A stretch of 44,739 nt of DNA. Origin: a virus. Its lineage: Duplodnaviria > Caudoviricetes. This document shows, one piece after another, positions 43,760-44,739 of the stretch (positions are counted from its first letter, which is position 1; every line of letters starts with the position of its first letter). Made by a program: the position numbers and the translations under genes. The notes under the pieces are model-generated. The model was not told the DNA's origin. It saw nothing but the letters and a program-made list of their open reading frames with translations, and did not search any database. Location of the stretch: the IMG/VR virus record IMGVR_UViG_3300010362_000035, positions 1 through 44,739 of that record. One strand, written 5' to 3'.

Positions 43760-43791
43760 CCTCCTGGACGTCGGGTACGCGCGCCAGCGTA
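43760..43791 (-). promoter_or_regulatory. Putative promoter/leader TACGCT-N7-GTACCCGACGTCCAGGAGG
   Basis: Copy of the repeated architecture. Confidence 0.6.
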
Positions 43792-43983
43792 CCACCAAGC
43801 CGAAATCCCTCGCGCGCGACCACAACAACCCTCCCCCCTCTGGCACCGGGAGCGAGAAGCTCTGCCTTCGGGGAACGGGGCGAGCCCCCCCTCTGACGGC
43901 TGGAGCCCGGCTCTTTCACCGGGGGCTCTGCTTATGACACGGCCGGCCAGAGTCTCAGCCGCGGCCTCGCCCAGGACGTCGGG

Positions 43984-44421
43984 CTATGTGCGGTAGCGCC
44001 CGGCGAGCCCGGCGCGGATGGAGGGGGAGGCGAGGCCCTCCCGCACGAGTTTCTGCTTACGCTTGTTCTGCTGTTGGACGGCGTGGAGGCGCTCGTTCTC
44101 CTGGGCGACCTGCCTCTGCTTCTTCGAGCCTCGCCGGCGCGGGCGCGGCGGAGGCGAAGGAGGCGTGGGCGGAGGCGCGAGGCGCTCGTGGTAGAGGTCA
44201 TGGCAGGAGCGGCAGAGCACGGTGAGATCTCCGGGGCGCTCCTGGCCGAACCGCTTGTAGGTGCGGTGGTGTACGTCGAGGCGCTTAGGCGAGTTGCAGA
44301 TCTGGCAACGGCGGCCTGCGGCCTTGAGGGCGGCGCGGCGCTTCGTCTGCCACGCGGCGGAGGCTATGTAGGCCTCGTAGGTGTCCGTCCGGCGCGCTAC
44401 TCTTTCGCCACTTCCTTGCAT
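43984..44421 (-). CDS. HNH endonuclease
   Basis: YIASAAWQTKR...CQIC...LDVHHRTY...DLTVLCRSCHDLYH. Confidence 0.85.
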   Translation of the reverse strand: MQGSGERVARRTDTYEAYIASAAWQTKRRAALKAAGRRCQICNSPKRLDVHHRTYKRFGQERPGDLTVLCRSCHDLYHERLAPPPTPPSPPPRPRRRGSKKQRQVAQENERLHAVQQQNKRKQKLVREGLASPSIRAGLAGRYRT

Positions 44422-44437
44422 ACGCGCTGGGAAACGT

Positions 44438-44471
44438 AAAAGGCCCCGCCTGAGGAATCAAGCGGGGCCTT
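44438..44471 (-). terminator. Intrinsic terminator
   Basis: AAGGCCCCGCTTGA-TTCC-TCAGGCGGGGCCTTTT on the minus strand. Confidence 0.75.
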
Positions 44472-44497
44472 CTGCGTCTTCGGAATCGAGCCCGGAT

Positions 44498-44707
44498 CTA
44501 GCGGCTCTTGACGATGGTGATCTGGATCTCCGATCCATCGCTCAGGCGGGCTACCAGCCCCTCGTTGCTCGTCAGGAGCCCCGCCTCCTCGAAGGTGCGG
44601 AGCCCCTCAACGCGAGCGGGGAATTGATCGATGCCCTCCTCTGCGGCGGTATCCATCCCGTAGAGGAGGAGATCCCCGATGAGGGCGCGCATCTGCGGCT
44701 CTTCCAT
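44498..44707 (-). CDS. Conserved phage hypothetical protein (69 aa)
   Basis: TFEEAGLLTSNEGLVARLSDGSEIQITIVKSR motif; TAATG overlap; followed by a terminator. Confidence 0.75.
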   Translation of the reverse strand: MEEPQMRALIGDLLLYGMDTAAEEGIDQFPARVEGLRTFEEAGLLTSNEGLVARLSDGSEIQITIVKSR

Positions 44708-44739
44708 TACTTCACCCCCTCGTTGATCTGGTAGGCGAA
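44617..44739. repeat. Terminal direct repeat, copy 2
   Basis: Identical to 1-123. Confidence 0.95.

Larger units (their letters stand above)
1..44739. mobile_element. Complete tailed bacteriophage genome (contractile tail), probable actinobacterial host
   Basis: Full set of packaging, head, sheath/tube, baseplate, lysis and recombination genes; circular overlap; no host housekeeping genes. Confidence 0.93.

Noticed and set aside
43792-43983. tRNA or known ncRNA in intergenic gaps
   Set aside because: GC-rich hairpins only; no cloverleaf or T-loop consensus recognised by eye.

Overview
The window is an apparently complete, circularly assembled, very GC-rich tailed-phage genome. Bases 1-123 repeat exactly at 44617-44739, giving about 44.6 kb of unique sequence, and almost all genes lie on the minus strand. 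The structural block runs HNH, terS, terL, portal, scaffold, HK97-fold capsid, neck, tail sheath and tube (contractile, myovirus-type), a -1 frameshifted tail chaperone, a short tape measure, LysM, hub-NlpC/P60, a collagen/collar fibre and baseplate. A lysis block follows with two endolysins, a holin and a membrane collagen. The early/middle region carries Bet-like SSAP plus exonuclease, RusA, ParB-like, HNH and HTH genes. No integrase, DNA polymerase, tRNA or CRISPR array was recognised. An actinobacterial host is inferred from GC content, an Rpf gene and head-gene types. Most notable: (1) a candidate undescribed DNA hypermodification pathway (atypical SCPPY methyltransferase-fold enzyme, fold-type II PLP enzyme, GNAT-like/2OG-Fe(II) hydroxylase fusion, PP-loop Cys-rich enzyme) lacking the usual 5hmU machinery; (2) a C5 methyltransferase with a second subunit overprinted in another frame; (3) about ten promoters sharing a TAnnnT-N5-8-GTACCCGA...GGAG leader, plus a 15-bp operator-like box; (4) two unrelated endolysins sharing a basic C-terminal domain and flanking an acidic ORF; (5) a stand-alone secreted Rpf. 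All family calls are from motif recognition by eye, not database searches.
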